The position numbers and the translations under genes are program-made. DNA of 64,000 nt from an uncultured Gemmatimonadota bacterium. GTDB taxonomy: Bacteria; JAAXHH01. Below the pieces are notes generated by a model that worked only from the letters and a program-made list of their open reading frames with translations, searched no databases and was not told where the DNA came from. Below are positions 56,688 to 64,000 of the stretch, piece after piece. How positions within the stretch are numbered: position 1 is the first letter of the stretch; every line of letters begins with the position of its first letter. The stretch covers positions 576,001 through 640,000 of the forward strand of contig OX638340.1 of NCBI GenBank assembly GCA_951812955.1, written 5' to 3'.

Positions 56688-57413
56688 ATGGCGGAACGCA
56701 ACTTGAAACAGCGCATCGGCGCGGGAGAACAGGTCATCGGCGCTAACGTCGGCATGTCCCATACAAGGGAACAGCTTAAAAAGGTAGTAGAGTCAGGTGA
56801 GTACGACTTTCTCTGGGTAGACGGACAGCACAGCGCTTTCAGCGAAGACTCCCTGGTGGAATTCTGCGACAGGGCCGATGCGCTGGATGCCGACGTCATG
56901 TTCCGCATCAAGCACACGTTTCACAGCTACCTGGTCGGTAACCTGCTCGACCTTGGGCCCGCCGGGATCGAAGTGCCCCAGGTCGAATTGGAATCAACGG
57001 TGGATGAGGCGGTCGACTTCTTCTACTATCCTCAGCAGGGCATGCGGAGCTGGGGAGGCGGAGCGCGGCGTAAAGTGGATGAACAGGGCGGCGACCGGCT
57101 GGGCTATGCCGAGTGGTGGAACAACTACGGCGTGCTGATGATGCAGCTTGAATCGATACCCGCGGTGACAGGTGCGCGGAGACTGGCCAAAGCGGGGGTA
57201 GACTGCCTGTCCTTCGGTCCAAACGATCTCATGTACAGTATCGAGGCCCATCCGCACCATCCGTTCCGCGACGTGGACGATTGCGTTCGCCACGTGGTCG
57301 AACAGCTCGCCGGTTCCGGTACGAGGGTGTGTTTCCGGAACCACCCGGCCAGCATGCGGCAGCGGTACGTTGACATGGGTGTAACGGTGTTTCTGGAGAG
57401 TCCGTCGCTGTAG
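56688..57413 (+). CDS. HpcH/HpaI family 2-keto-3-deoxy-sugar-acid aldolase
   Basis: 'LKQRIGAGEQVIG', 'YDFLWVDGQHS', 'MFRIKH', 'GIEVPQVE', 'MMQLES', 'DCLSFGPNDL'. AGGAG SD 8 nt upstream. Confidence 0.8.
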   Translation: MAERNLKQRIGAGEQVIGANVGMSHTREQLKKVVESGEYDFLWVDGQHSAFSEDSLVEFCDRADALDADVMFRIKHTFHSYLVGNLLDLGPAGIEVPQVELESTVDEAVDFFYYPQQGMRSWGGGARRKVDEQGGDRLGYAEWWNNYGVLMMQLESIPAVTGARRLAKAGVDCLSFGPNDLMYSIEAHPHHPFRDVDDCVRHVVEQLAGSGTRVCFRNHPASMRQRYVDMGVTVFLESPSL

Positions 57414-57416
57414 AGG

Positions 57417-57456
57417 CTGCCGCCAGATAGAATTTGCCGATGCCGGCGGAGTTTTT
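57417..57456 (+). terminator. possible intrinsic terminator after the aldolase gene
   Basis: Stem CTGCCGCC (57417-57424) pairs with GGCGGAG (57445-57451): 7 bp with one bulge, 20-nt loop. It is followed by TTTTT (52-56). Hand-folded only. Confidence 0.35.
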
Positions 57457-57486
57457 CCCATTGCGGACGCGGTCCCCACGAATCTG

Positions 57487-59316
57487 TTATGCGCCGGGAC
57501 GCCCTCCGGCAATGTCGGATTTCGCATCGAAATCCAAAGACTGAGCCTCGTACATCTTCGCGAATAGACCACCCTGTTCTACCAGTTCCTTCGGCGTACC
57601 CGATTCGGCCAGTCGGCCCTCACTGATAACCAGGATGCGATCCGCGTGCCGGATCGTCGAGAGTCTGTGGGCGATGACCATGATGGTTCGGCCGGTCCTT
57701 GCCCGTTCGACGGCGATTCGGATCTCTTCTTCGGCCAGTGCATCCAGGGCCGAAGTGGCCTCGTCAAGCACGAGAATACAGGTCGAGGTCCGCATGAGCG
57801 CACGGGCCATGGCGATGCGTTGCTTTTCACCACCGGATAGCAGGATACCGTCTTCTCCCGCCTCGGTAGCGTACCCTTCCGGCAGATTCTCAACGAATTC
57901 GTGCAGTGCGGAAGAACGCGCGGCTCGCTCCACCGCCTCAATTTCATAGTCCGCAACGGGGTAAGCGATGTTGTCGGCAAGCGAAGCGTTCCACATGAAA
58001 ACATCCTGGGGCACGACGGCGATTCGCGACCTGAGAGAGGCCAGCGTCATCTCGCGTACATCCGTTCCGCCAATGGAAATGCTTCCGCTTTCTGGTTCCT
58101 GCATACGGGTCAGCAGGTCGATGATCGTGGTCTTCCCGCCGCCGCTCGGCCCCACGATGCCGACGAACTCACCCCCGTTGACCGTGAAGGAGAGATCTTT
58201 CACCTCGTATCCCCGTTCATAACTGAACCAAATGTCGGAAAACTCGATAGTCGGAGGCGTGATGTCGATCCGTTCCACCGGGCGTCCACGGCCGAATCCT
58301 TCCTCAGCGGGAAGCGCGAATAATCCGTCCAGGCTCTTCACGGAGACGTCGATGAGTTTTGTGCCGGTATAGGTCGCAATTACGGACCGCAACGCGGCGG
58401 AGGCTCTCGGCGTATAGGCCATGACGGCCACGAGACTGCCGATGGTGATATCACCGGCCATGGCCTGGAAAGCGCCATATCCGAGGAGGACGCCCAGGAC
58501 CAGTCCGCTGATCACTTCGTTCGGAAAGTTGAGCACGATATCGTGGAGGGCCGCACCACGCATCTTAACCCGGGCGTGTTTTTCTAATAGCCCCCCACAT
58601 CGCTTCCTGGTATGCGTTTCCCCATTGAACAGGCGTATCGTACGAAACGCGCCGACCATCTCGTAGAGGAAGCTCTCGACGGCCTTGCTCTGTTCGTTCG
58701 AACGGCGGTCCATTTCCTTCGAGTACCTGGACAGGAACCGGGTGGCCAGGTACGTCGCCGGCATCGCGACACAGAAAATCACCGCGAGTTCGACATTTAG
58801 CAGGAACACCATGATCAGCGTCCCCGCCAGCATGATCGAGCTTGTAAAGACGGGGAGCAGTTCCTGCGCGATGTACATCTCGCCGATCCGGCCGGTATCC
58901 CGCGTAACGCGAAAGACGATGTTCCCCCTGGGGATCTTTTCCAGGGCGTCCAGCCTGACATGCAGAAGGTGGTTCAGGACCGCCTTGCGCAGGGCAAGGG
59001 TAACCGACGCACCGATGCGGACCCGCAGATGTCCCTGTACGTAGGAGAAAGCGATCGCCACCAGCGGCGTGGCGACCATGGCCACCAGCAGTCTCCACGC
59101 CAGTGTTGTATCCGACTCCGGGATCGCCGTGTCGAAGAGCATTTTGAAGAACAGGGGCTGGATCAGCATGACCGCTGATCCAGCGAGCATCATGATAACC
59201 GCGGCGCCAATAGTATACTTATGTTGATACAGCGTCTGCCGAACGACTTTGGCGGCATGTGCCACCGGTTCTTTGTTCCTGTGGACTCGATTGGCTTTCC
59301 GATCGTCTGATGGCAT
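57487..59316 (-). CDS. ABC exporter, fused permease/ATPase (MsbA-like type I exporter)
   Basis: Six-TM N-terminal domain. Walker A 'GPSGGGKTT'. Signature 'LSGGEKQRIAMARAL'. Walker B 'ILVLDEATSALD'. AGGAGA SD. Confidence 0.9.
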   Translation of the reverse strand: MPSDDRKANRVHRNKEPVAHAAKVVRQTLYQHKYTIGAAVIMMLAGSAVMLIQPLFFKMLFDTAIPESDTTLAWRLLVAMVATPLVAIAFSYVQGHLRVRIGASVTLALRKAVLNHLLHVRLDALEKIPRGNIVFRVTRDTGRIGEMYIAQELLPVFTSSIMLAGTLIMVFLLNVELAVIFCVAMPATYLATRFLSRYSKEMDRRSNEQSKAVESFLYEMVGAFRTIRLFNGETHTRKRCGGLLEKHARVKMRGAALHDIVLNFPNEVISGLVLGVLLGYGAFQAMAGDITIGSLVAVMAYTPRASAALRSVIATYTGTKLIDVSVKSLDGLFALPAEEGFGRGRPVERIDITPPTIEFSDIWFSYERGYEVKDLSFTVNGGEFVGIVGPSGGGKTTIIDLLTRMQEPESGSISIGGTDVREMTLASLRSRIAVVPQDVFMWNASLADNIAYPVADYEIEAVERAARSSALHEFVENLPEGYATEAGEDGILLSGGEKQRIAMARALMRTSTCILVLDEATSALDALAEEEIRIAVERARTGRTIMVIAHRLSTIRHADRILVISEGRLAESGTPKELVEQGGLFAKMYEAQSLDFDAKSDIAGGRPGA

Positions 59317-59470
59317 GCCCTCGCTCTCCTATGGTCGTCGATTCTCACCAGTAGAGTACGAAATCGTACACGGACAGGGATCGTTCCGGCAGATTCCACA
59401 AAAAGGCAAAGCCCCCGGCGGCATTTACCACCGGGGGCCTGGATCTGCATACCTCTGGAGCGACCTGCGT

Positions 59471-60742
59471 CTATCCCTGCCCCGATCCGCCGAGGACGTC
59501 TTCCAACTCGTTCACGAACACCTCGAGTTCGTCCGGCTTCCCGATGGTTACCCGCAGGTGATTGCTCAGGAGATTGATCTCCCTCGTCCGGTACCCGGAA
59601 CCGCCCCGTACCATCACGCCGCGTTCCATAAGCGCGGAGCCCATGCGGCGGCTGTCCCGCTTGACGTCCACGATCATGTAATTGCCGTGGCTCGGTGTGT
59701 ATGCCAGTCCCAGACGGTCGAATTCGGCGGACAGGTAGTCCTTGCCGTCGCTCACGACCTCTTTCGTACGGGCTACGAATTCGTGATCGTCCAGGGCCGC
59801 GAGGGCCGCGTGCATGCCCAGGGTGCTCAGTCCGCCGCCGAAGAACCCCATGTGCGCCATCAGCATATCCATCATGCGCTGGCTGCCGATCGCGTACCCG
59901 ATTCGCATGCCGGCCAAGCCGTAGATCTTGGAAAAAGTACGGGCGACGACCACATTGTCTCGCTCCAGGGCGAGTTTCGCGGCATCCCGGTAGTCCGGAT
60001 CCCGGACGAAGTGGATGTAGGCCTCGTCGATGAGGACGATGGCCTGCGCTGGCGCCGCGTCTACGAGGGACACCAGGTCCTCGTAGGGCACGATCGTTCC
60101 CGTGGGATTGTTGGGATTGGTGACGACGATCAGGGATGTTCTTGGAGTGATTGCCGCCTTCATGGCGTCGAGGTCGTGAACGAAGTCAGCCGTCGTGGGA
60201 ACGCGGACGGTACTGACGTCCTTGCCCATCATCTGATAGGTTTGAAAACCACGCGCGACCGATCCATAACCCGGGACCGCCTCGATGCACTCCCCGCCAT
60301 TGCTCGCGGCTATTACGGCCAGCGCCTGTAGTATCGGACCGGAACCAGGCGTGACCATTACCCGGTTCAACTCCCTGAAACGCATGAATGACCGCATGTC
60401 GCTAAAGCTCAGTTCGAAATCCTCGACACCCGGAACGCCGTGTAATTTGTTGAGACGAACGGGCAGATCGACACCGAAATCGTACCGGTTGATCTTGTGC
60501 AGGTTTTCGGCAATGGCCGCAACGGCGCGTGGCGAAGCGCCCAGGGGATTCTCGTTGGCTCCAATCTGGACCCGGCCCGGTTCCACGCCGTATCCGCGGA
60601 CGTCGCCGGCCTTCTTACCGGTCGCCATGGCCTGCGCGATCTCCCAGGCCGAACCTGAGGCGAGGGCGCCGGCACCCAGCAGGGCGCCTTTCATGAATCG
60701 ACGCCGCGTAAACCCGTTTTTTAATACACTCCCGAAACCCAT
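59471..60742 (-). CDS. class I/II (HisC-like) pyridoxal-phosphate aminotransferase with twin-arginine (Tat) signal peptide
   Basis: ATG 60742 has GGAGG 8 nt upstream. 'MGFGSVLKNGFTRRRFMKGALLGAGALASGSA' is a Tat-type signal. 'GANENPLG', 'NPNNPTG', 'ARTFSKIYGLAGMRIGY' (PLP Lys). Confidence 0.8.
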   Translation of the reverse strand: MGFGSVLKNGFTRRRFMKGALLGAGALASGSAWEIAQAMATGKKAGDVRGYGVEPGRVQIGANENPLGASPRAVAAIAENLHKINRYDFGVDLPVRLNKLHGVPGVEDFELSFSDMRSFMRFRELNRVMVTPGSGPILQALAVIAASNGGECIEAVPGYGSVARGFQTYQMMGKDVSTVRVPTTADFVHDLDAMKAAITPRTSLIVVTNPNNPTGTIVPYEDLVSLVDAAPAQAIVLIDEAYIHFVRDPDYRDAAKLALERDNVVVARTFSKIYGLAGMRIGYAIGSQRMMDMLMAHMGFFGGGLSTLGMHAALAALDDHEFVARTKEVVSDGKDYLSAEFDRLGLAYTPSHGNYMIVDVKRDSRRMGSALMERGVMVRGGSGYRTREINLLSNHLRVTIGKPDELEVFVNELEDVLGGSGQG

Positions 60743-60903
60743 GGTATGAACCTCCATTCAATGATTACTCGTAAATTGCATCGTATCTACAAAGTGTACA
60801 CCACCTAAGAGTCTGAACCTCCAACTAAAGATTGCCTGCGGATTTCCCACCATCCAAATGTGTAACGCCTGAATTCGAAACCTTATTTCGCTACCTTATT
60901 TCG

Positions 60904-62568
60904 TTACCTGATGTTGAGCCTTGCCATTTGCGTGACGATGTAGTCGGCGCAGCGGAACGCGAGCGCCTGTATGGTTAGCGTCGGGTTGCTCTTGCCGCTG
61001 GTGACGAAGGACGAACCGTCGACGATGAACAGGTTGTCCACGTCGTGGGCCTGGTTGAACTTGTTCACGACCGACGTCGCCGGATCGTTGCCCATTCGGC
61101 AAGTGCCCATGAGATGGGCGTCGCCATGGGGCACGAAATTCGGAGAGGCCACGATCCCATGGGCGCCGGCGGTGTCCAGCAGTTCGCGTGCGCGGTCCCG
61201 AAAGAAGTCGCCGAGTTTGTGCTCGTTCGGATGCACGTTGTACGTCACACGCGGTACCGGCAGGCCCCACTTGTCGTTTACGTCCGGGTCCAGGTCGATC
61301 ATGTTGGATTCCTGGGACATGGACTGCATGCTGGTAAGGGCGACCATGTACCGGGTGTAATTGTCCATGATCCATTTCTTGCGGCGGGCGCCCCACCTGC
61401 GGAGCCGGGGCATGTTCAGGTTGGCGAAGGAAATGGTTTCGCCGTCACCCCGCGGTTCCAGCACGCCTCCGCCGAAGAAACCGTACTTGTCCGGATCCGG
61501 GTCGTAGAAATCCTGGATAATGCGTGAATCCATGACGCCTTTGTACTCGTTGAGATCCTTTTCGTAGAATCCCCGGGCGGACTGGTAGTAGTTGAACATC
61601 AGGTGCCTTCCCACCTTGCCGCTGCTGTTGGCGAGGCCGTCCGGAAAGAGATTGGACTTCGACATGAGCAGCAGGCGCGGCGTATGGACGCCGTTACAGC
61701 AAACGATTACCGCGCGGGCTTCCAACCGGTGTTCACGCAGGTCTTTATCCAGATAGATCACTCCCTCGGCCCGGCCATCCTCGTCGACCACGATCTCCCG
61801 AACGCAGGCATCGGCCCGTATCTGGCAGTTGCCCGTCCTCAGCGCCTGGGGAATCATGGTAACCAGCATGCTGGACCGCGCGCCGATGGTACAGACGTAA
61901 CTTTCGCAGAAACCGCAATTCATGACCGGCGGCCGGCCTCCGTATTCCCGCGAGTTGATTGCCAGCGGCGCCGGATACGAGTGCCATCCCAGCTTCTGGG
62001 CGGCCATGTCTGCCAGGGCGCCCGAACTGGTTCGCGGCACCGGCGGCATGGGGTAGGGACGGCGTCGCGGCGGATCGAAGGGATTGGCGCCCGCCAGGCC
62101 GGATATCCCGACTTCGTATTCGGCCTTCTCGTAGTAATGTTCCAGGTCCCAGTAGTCGATGGGCCAGTCCTGCACGTCCGCGCCGTCCAGGTCGCCGAAA
62201 AGGCTTCTTTCCTTGAAATCGTTCTCGTGCAGCCGCCAGGAAATACCGGTGTAATGGAGCGTGCTGCCGCCCACCGTGCTTTGCATGTGAATCCCGTGAT
62301 CTTCAACGGCCTGATCGTCCGACGACTGCCGGTACGTATTGGGCTGATCGTGGCGATAGATGTTGGGATGGTCATGGTTATTGCTGGCGGGATGCATCGC
62401 CTGGAGTTCGTCCTGGTCGAAGTGGCGCGTCTTTTGAAATGATCCCATTTCCATGGCGACCACCTGCAGGCCCTTCGTGCTCAGTTCCTTGGCCATGACC
62501 GCGCCGGCGGCGCCTGTGCCGATGACGATGACGTCCGGTCGTCGAATCGTGGGATTGGGCAGGGACAT
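60904..62568 (-). CDS. GMC family FAD-dependent oxidoreductase (catalytic subunit; no signal peptide of its own)
   Basis: '[18 protein letters not shown]' FAD fold. C-terminal 'HLMGTCRMG...[22 protein letters not shown]'. Start lies 13 nt after the subunit-3 stop. Confidence 0.85.
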   Translation of the reverse strand: MSLPNPTIRRPDVIVIGTGAAGAVMAKELSTKGLQVVAMEMGSFQKTRHFDQDELQAMHPASNNHDHPNIYRHDQPNTYRQSSDDQAVEDHGIHMQSTVGGSTLHYTGISWRLHENDFKERSLFGDLDGADVQDWPIDYWDLEHYYEKAEYEVGISGLAGANPFDPPRRRPYPMPPVPRTSSGALADMAAQKLGWHSYPAPLAINSREYGGRPPVMNCGFCESYVCTIGARSSMLVTMIPQALRTGNCQIRADACVREIVVDEDGRAEGVIYLDKDLREHRLEARAVIVCCNGVHTPRLLLMSKSNLFPDGLANSSGKVGRHLMFNYYQSARGFYEKDLNEYKGVMDSRIIQDFYDPDPDKYGFFGGGVLEPRGDGETISFANLNMPRLRRWGARRKKWIMDNYTRYMVALTSMQSMSQESNMIDLDPDVNDKWGLPVPRVTYNVHPNEHKLGDFFRDRARELLDTAGAHGIVASPNFVPHGDAHLMGTCRMGNDPATSVVNKFNQAHDVDNLFIVDGSSFVTSGKSNPTLTIQALAFRCADYIVTQMARLNIR

Positions 62569-62581
62569 GGGGACTCCGAAA

Positions 62582-63262
62582 CTACGCTTCGCCGACGATT
62601 CTACTCTTCATCGGACCGTCATATGGCTTCCATTCGGGGTATTCGATCTCCGGAATGGTCATGTCGAATTCACTGAAAGGGGGATCGTAGCCAAAAGCCG
62701 CGCGACCTGGAAATCGGATCAGCTTCCATCCGGTCTCGCGATAGTTTCCGCCATAGGAGGGATCACTGAACATGCCCTCCATGGTATGCGTGACCAGCAT
62801 GCGCAGGAAATCCCTGGCGCCCATGGGGGCGTCGTCCGGCCAGTTCCGCGGGGACCTTGCACGGTCGATACCCATCAGGGCCCTGCGCTGATTTCTTGTA
62901 TCGAGATCCAGGAAGCCGGCTTCGTGCGAGAGCTGACAGTACCGGTCGAAAGCGGCCAGGCCGGAGACATAGGACTCCTTGTATTCGGCCCGGTGGCTGC
63001 CGAGGGCCCGGTCGATGTATACGATCACGCGGGCTTCCGCCGCACCGGGGTCGTTGTCGTCGGACGGCATGATCATCCGGGTCAGCGCGTCCACGGTACG
63101 GCCCTGGCGGGCGTCCAGGTTCTGCCAGGTGTATTCGAAGGGAGGTGTTTCCTGGGCGTCGATCGCACCGGTACGGGACAGCACGCCAAGTGTTATCACT
63201 CCACCGGTCGCCCGTGCGGTATTGGAAAGAAACGATCGGCGGGAAAACGGCTTTGACGTCAT
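62582..63262 (-). CDS. gluconate 2-dehydrogenase subunit 3 family protein (Tat-signal small subunit)
   Basis: ATG 63262 gives 'MTSKPFSRRSFLSNTARATGGVITLGVLS' (a Tat motif, SRRSFL). Size and position upstream of the GMC gene fit the family. Confidence 0.7.
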   Translation of the reverse strand: MTSKPFSRRSFLSNTARATGGVITLGVLSRTGAIDAQETPPFEYTWQNLDARQGRTVDALTRMIMPSDDNDPGAAEARVIVYIDRALGSHRAEYKESYVSGLAAFDRYCQLSHEAGFLDLDTRNQRRALMGIDRARSPRNWPDDAPMGARDFLRMLVTHTMEGMFSDPSYGGNYRETGWKLIRFPGRAAFGYDPPFSEFDMTIPEIEYPEWKPYDGPMKSRIVGEA

Positions 63263-63424
63263 GGATTCCAGGCTCCCGACTCTATAGTTTCCATCGTTCG
63301 AATGCACATCAGGACTGTATACACATATCGCGTTGATTTATTCAATCTATCCGCTTCGAAAATACGGTTGAAAACCGGGTTGACAATAGAATTCGGCAGG
63401 GTTCTGATCGCGCGGGCAAAGAGG

Positions 63425-63452
63425 TTGACGGCAATACCCGCGAATCTATATT
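63425..63452 (+). promoter_or_regulatory. putative sigma70-type promoter of ldcA (would give a leaderless or near-leaderless mRNA)
   Basis: TTGACG (63425-63430), 16-nt spacer, TATATT (63447-63452). The ATG is at 63461, only 8 nt after the -10, and no SD is visible. Motif match only. Confidence 0.4.
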
Positions 63453-63460
63453 CATAAAGC

Positions 63461-64000
63461 ATGAACATTCTGAAGCCGCAGGCCCTCAAACCAGGTGATA
63501 CAATCGGGATCGTCGCACCGGCCAGCCATTCCGCGCTCCCGAGCGCGCTGCTGAACGGCCGCCGTTCACTCGAAGCCCTCGGATTCCACACGGTGACCGC
63601 ACCGCACCTGGCGGACAGGCACGGTTTTCTGGCCGGCCGGGACGCCGACCGCCTGGCCGACCTGGAAGGCATGTTCACCGATCCAGATATCCATGGAATC
63701 GTTTGCCTTCGCGGCGGATACGGGTCCGTCCGCATGCTGCAGCGCATGGATTTCGATATCGTCCGCACCAACCCCAAGGTCTTCGTCGGATACAGCGACA
63801 TAACCGCCCTCCATGGGGCAATCCATCAACGTACCGGCCTGGTCACCTTTTGGGGTCCCATGGTTGCCTCGGATATGAGTCCGGGTTTCCACCCATACAA
63901 CCGGGATGCCTTCATGAAGGCGGTTACAGGAGCCGATTCCATAGGCAGCATCGTGCATCCCGAGGACATGCCTCCCGTGCAGACCATTCATGGCGGCATG
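63461..64000 (+). CDS. ldcA: LD-carboxypeptidase (peptidase S66), N-terminal part; 3' end outside window
   Basis: Absent from the ORF track because no stop lies in the window. My translation: 'MNILKPQALKPGDTIGIVAPAS...RLADLEGMFTDPDIHGIVCLRGGYGSVRML...VFVGYSDITALH' (catalytic Ser in GYSDIT). Confidence 0.8.
   Translation, partial: MNILKPQALKPGDTIGIVAPASHSALPSALLNGRRSLEALGFHTVTAPHLADRHGFLAGRDADRLADLEGMFTDPDIHGIVCLRGGYGSVRMLQRMDFDIVRTNPKVFVGYSDITALHGAIHQRTGLVTFWGPMVASDMSPGFHPYNRDAFMKAVTGADSIGSIVHPEDMPPVQTIHGGM

Noticed and set aside
4562-62442. Many other 250-400-aa ORFs in the track: 4562-5458+, 12289-13413+, 16172-17389+, 20167-21282+, 26802-27698+, 41764-42741+, 43507-44301+, 47805-48608+, 49624-50517+, 54337-55353+, 55419-56402+, 59249-60331+, 61603-62442+
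   Set aside because: Each lies antisense to a gene with strong homology-type motifs (rluD, aminotransferase, TolC, MFP, ATP-grasp, REC-PP2C, PhyH, sufD, sufB, dehydratases and others). Each has low-complexity Arg/Gly/Pro-rich translations without start-site support.
613-63307. Longest-ORF start codons for several genes: 613, 2637, 6411, 8531, 9246, 10856, 13773, 14547, 17104, 32894, 46890, 48689, 60757, 63307
   Set aside because: The upstream extensions are Arg-rich and non-homologous, often overlap the neighbouring gene, and lack an SD. Internal starts with GGAG-type sites or N-terminal signal peptides fit the families better. The exact starts remain uncertain by tens of nt.
63259-63991. 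Minus-strand ORFs 63259-63801 (180 aa) and 63566-63991 (141 aa)
   Set aside because: The plus strand from ATG 63461 translates into a textbook LD-carboxypeptidase N-terminus (GIVAPAS, RGGYG, GYSDITALH) that runs off the window end. The minus-strand ORFs are its antisense shadows.
1-64000. Mobile elements, prophage, genomic-island boundaries or known anti-phage defence systems
   Set aside because: I recognise no transposase, integrase, recombinase, tRNA attachment site, terminal inverted repeats, restriction-modification, toxin-antitoxin or cas-like genes. The AT-rich patches are short promoter-sized intergenic regions rather than island-scale compositional shifts.

Overview
GC-rich (roughly 60% by eye, not computed) bacterial chromosomal segment, densely coding on both strands. 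I call 54 protein-coding genes, two of them cut by the window edges. I found no rRNA, tRNA, CRISPR array, transposase, integrase or phage gene. Many long ORFs in the six-frame track are antisense shadows of real genes, as expected in GC-rich DNA.

Gene layout, left to right:
- 1-4.4 kb: ispH 3' end, a TIM-barrel sugar isomerase / Gfo-Idh-MocA pair, and a GAF-GAF-PP2C phosphatase.
- 4.4-9.2 kb: a housekeeping envelope and division block on the minus strand (yggS, yggT, divIVA, PNP-like, dksA-like, lspA, rluD).
- 9.4-15.6 kb: comM/yifB, an unknown lipoprotein, an acetoacetate-decarboxylase-like / class III aminotransferase pair, and an aldo-keto reductase.
- 15.6-21.3 kb: an RND efflux operon (MFP, RND pump, TolC-like).
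- 21.5-22.7 kb: a GT9-like glycosyltransferase.
- 22.8-28.0 kb: a translationally coupled 4-gene operon (circularly permuted ATP-grasp, alpha-E, transglutaminase, alpha/beta hydrolase).
- 28.0-28.5 kb: an AT-rich divergent control region.
- 28.5-37.9 kb: a metal-handling cluster. Its first gene is a Cu/Zn-efflux-type permease fused in frame to an HflK-like SPFH domain. It is followed by HflC-like and HflK-like genes, an orphan periplasmic binding protein, a small membrane protein, a ZIP transporter and a CopA-type P1B ATPase.
- 38.0-43.3 kb: a convergent 5-gene signalling operon (STAS, REC-PP2C, RsbW-like kinase, paralogous binding protein, HAMP histidine kinase) with no sigma factor.
- 43.5-64 kb: two divergent PhyH-type dioxygenases; an Rrf2-sufBCD-sufT-sufS operon; two BNR/sialidase-like genes; sugar-acid genes (enolase-superfamily dehydratase, UxuA-like, HpcH aldolase) flanking an intergenic region with two tandem-repeat arrays; an ABC exporter; a Tat-signal aminotransferase beside a Tat-hitchhiker GMC dehydrogenase pair; and the ldcA 5' end.

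Best candidate for an undescribed system: the permease::SPFH fusion with its two extra SPFH paralogues (28452-33033), possibly working with the flanking orphan binding proteins and the partner-switching operon. All functional calls come from motif recognition by eye. No database search was possible.
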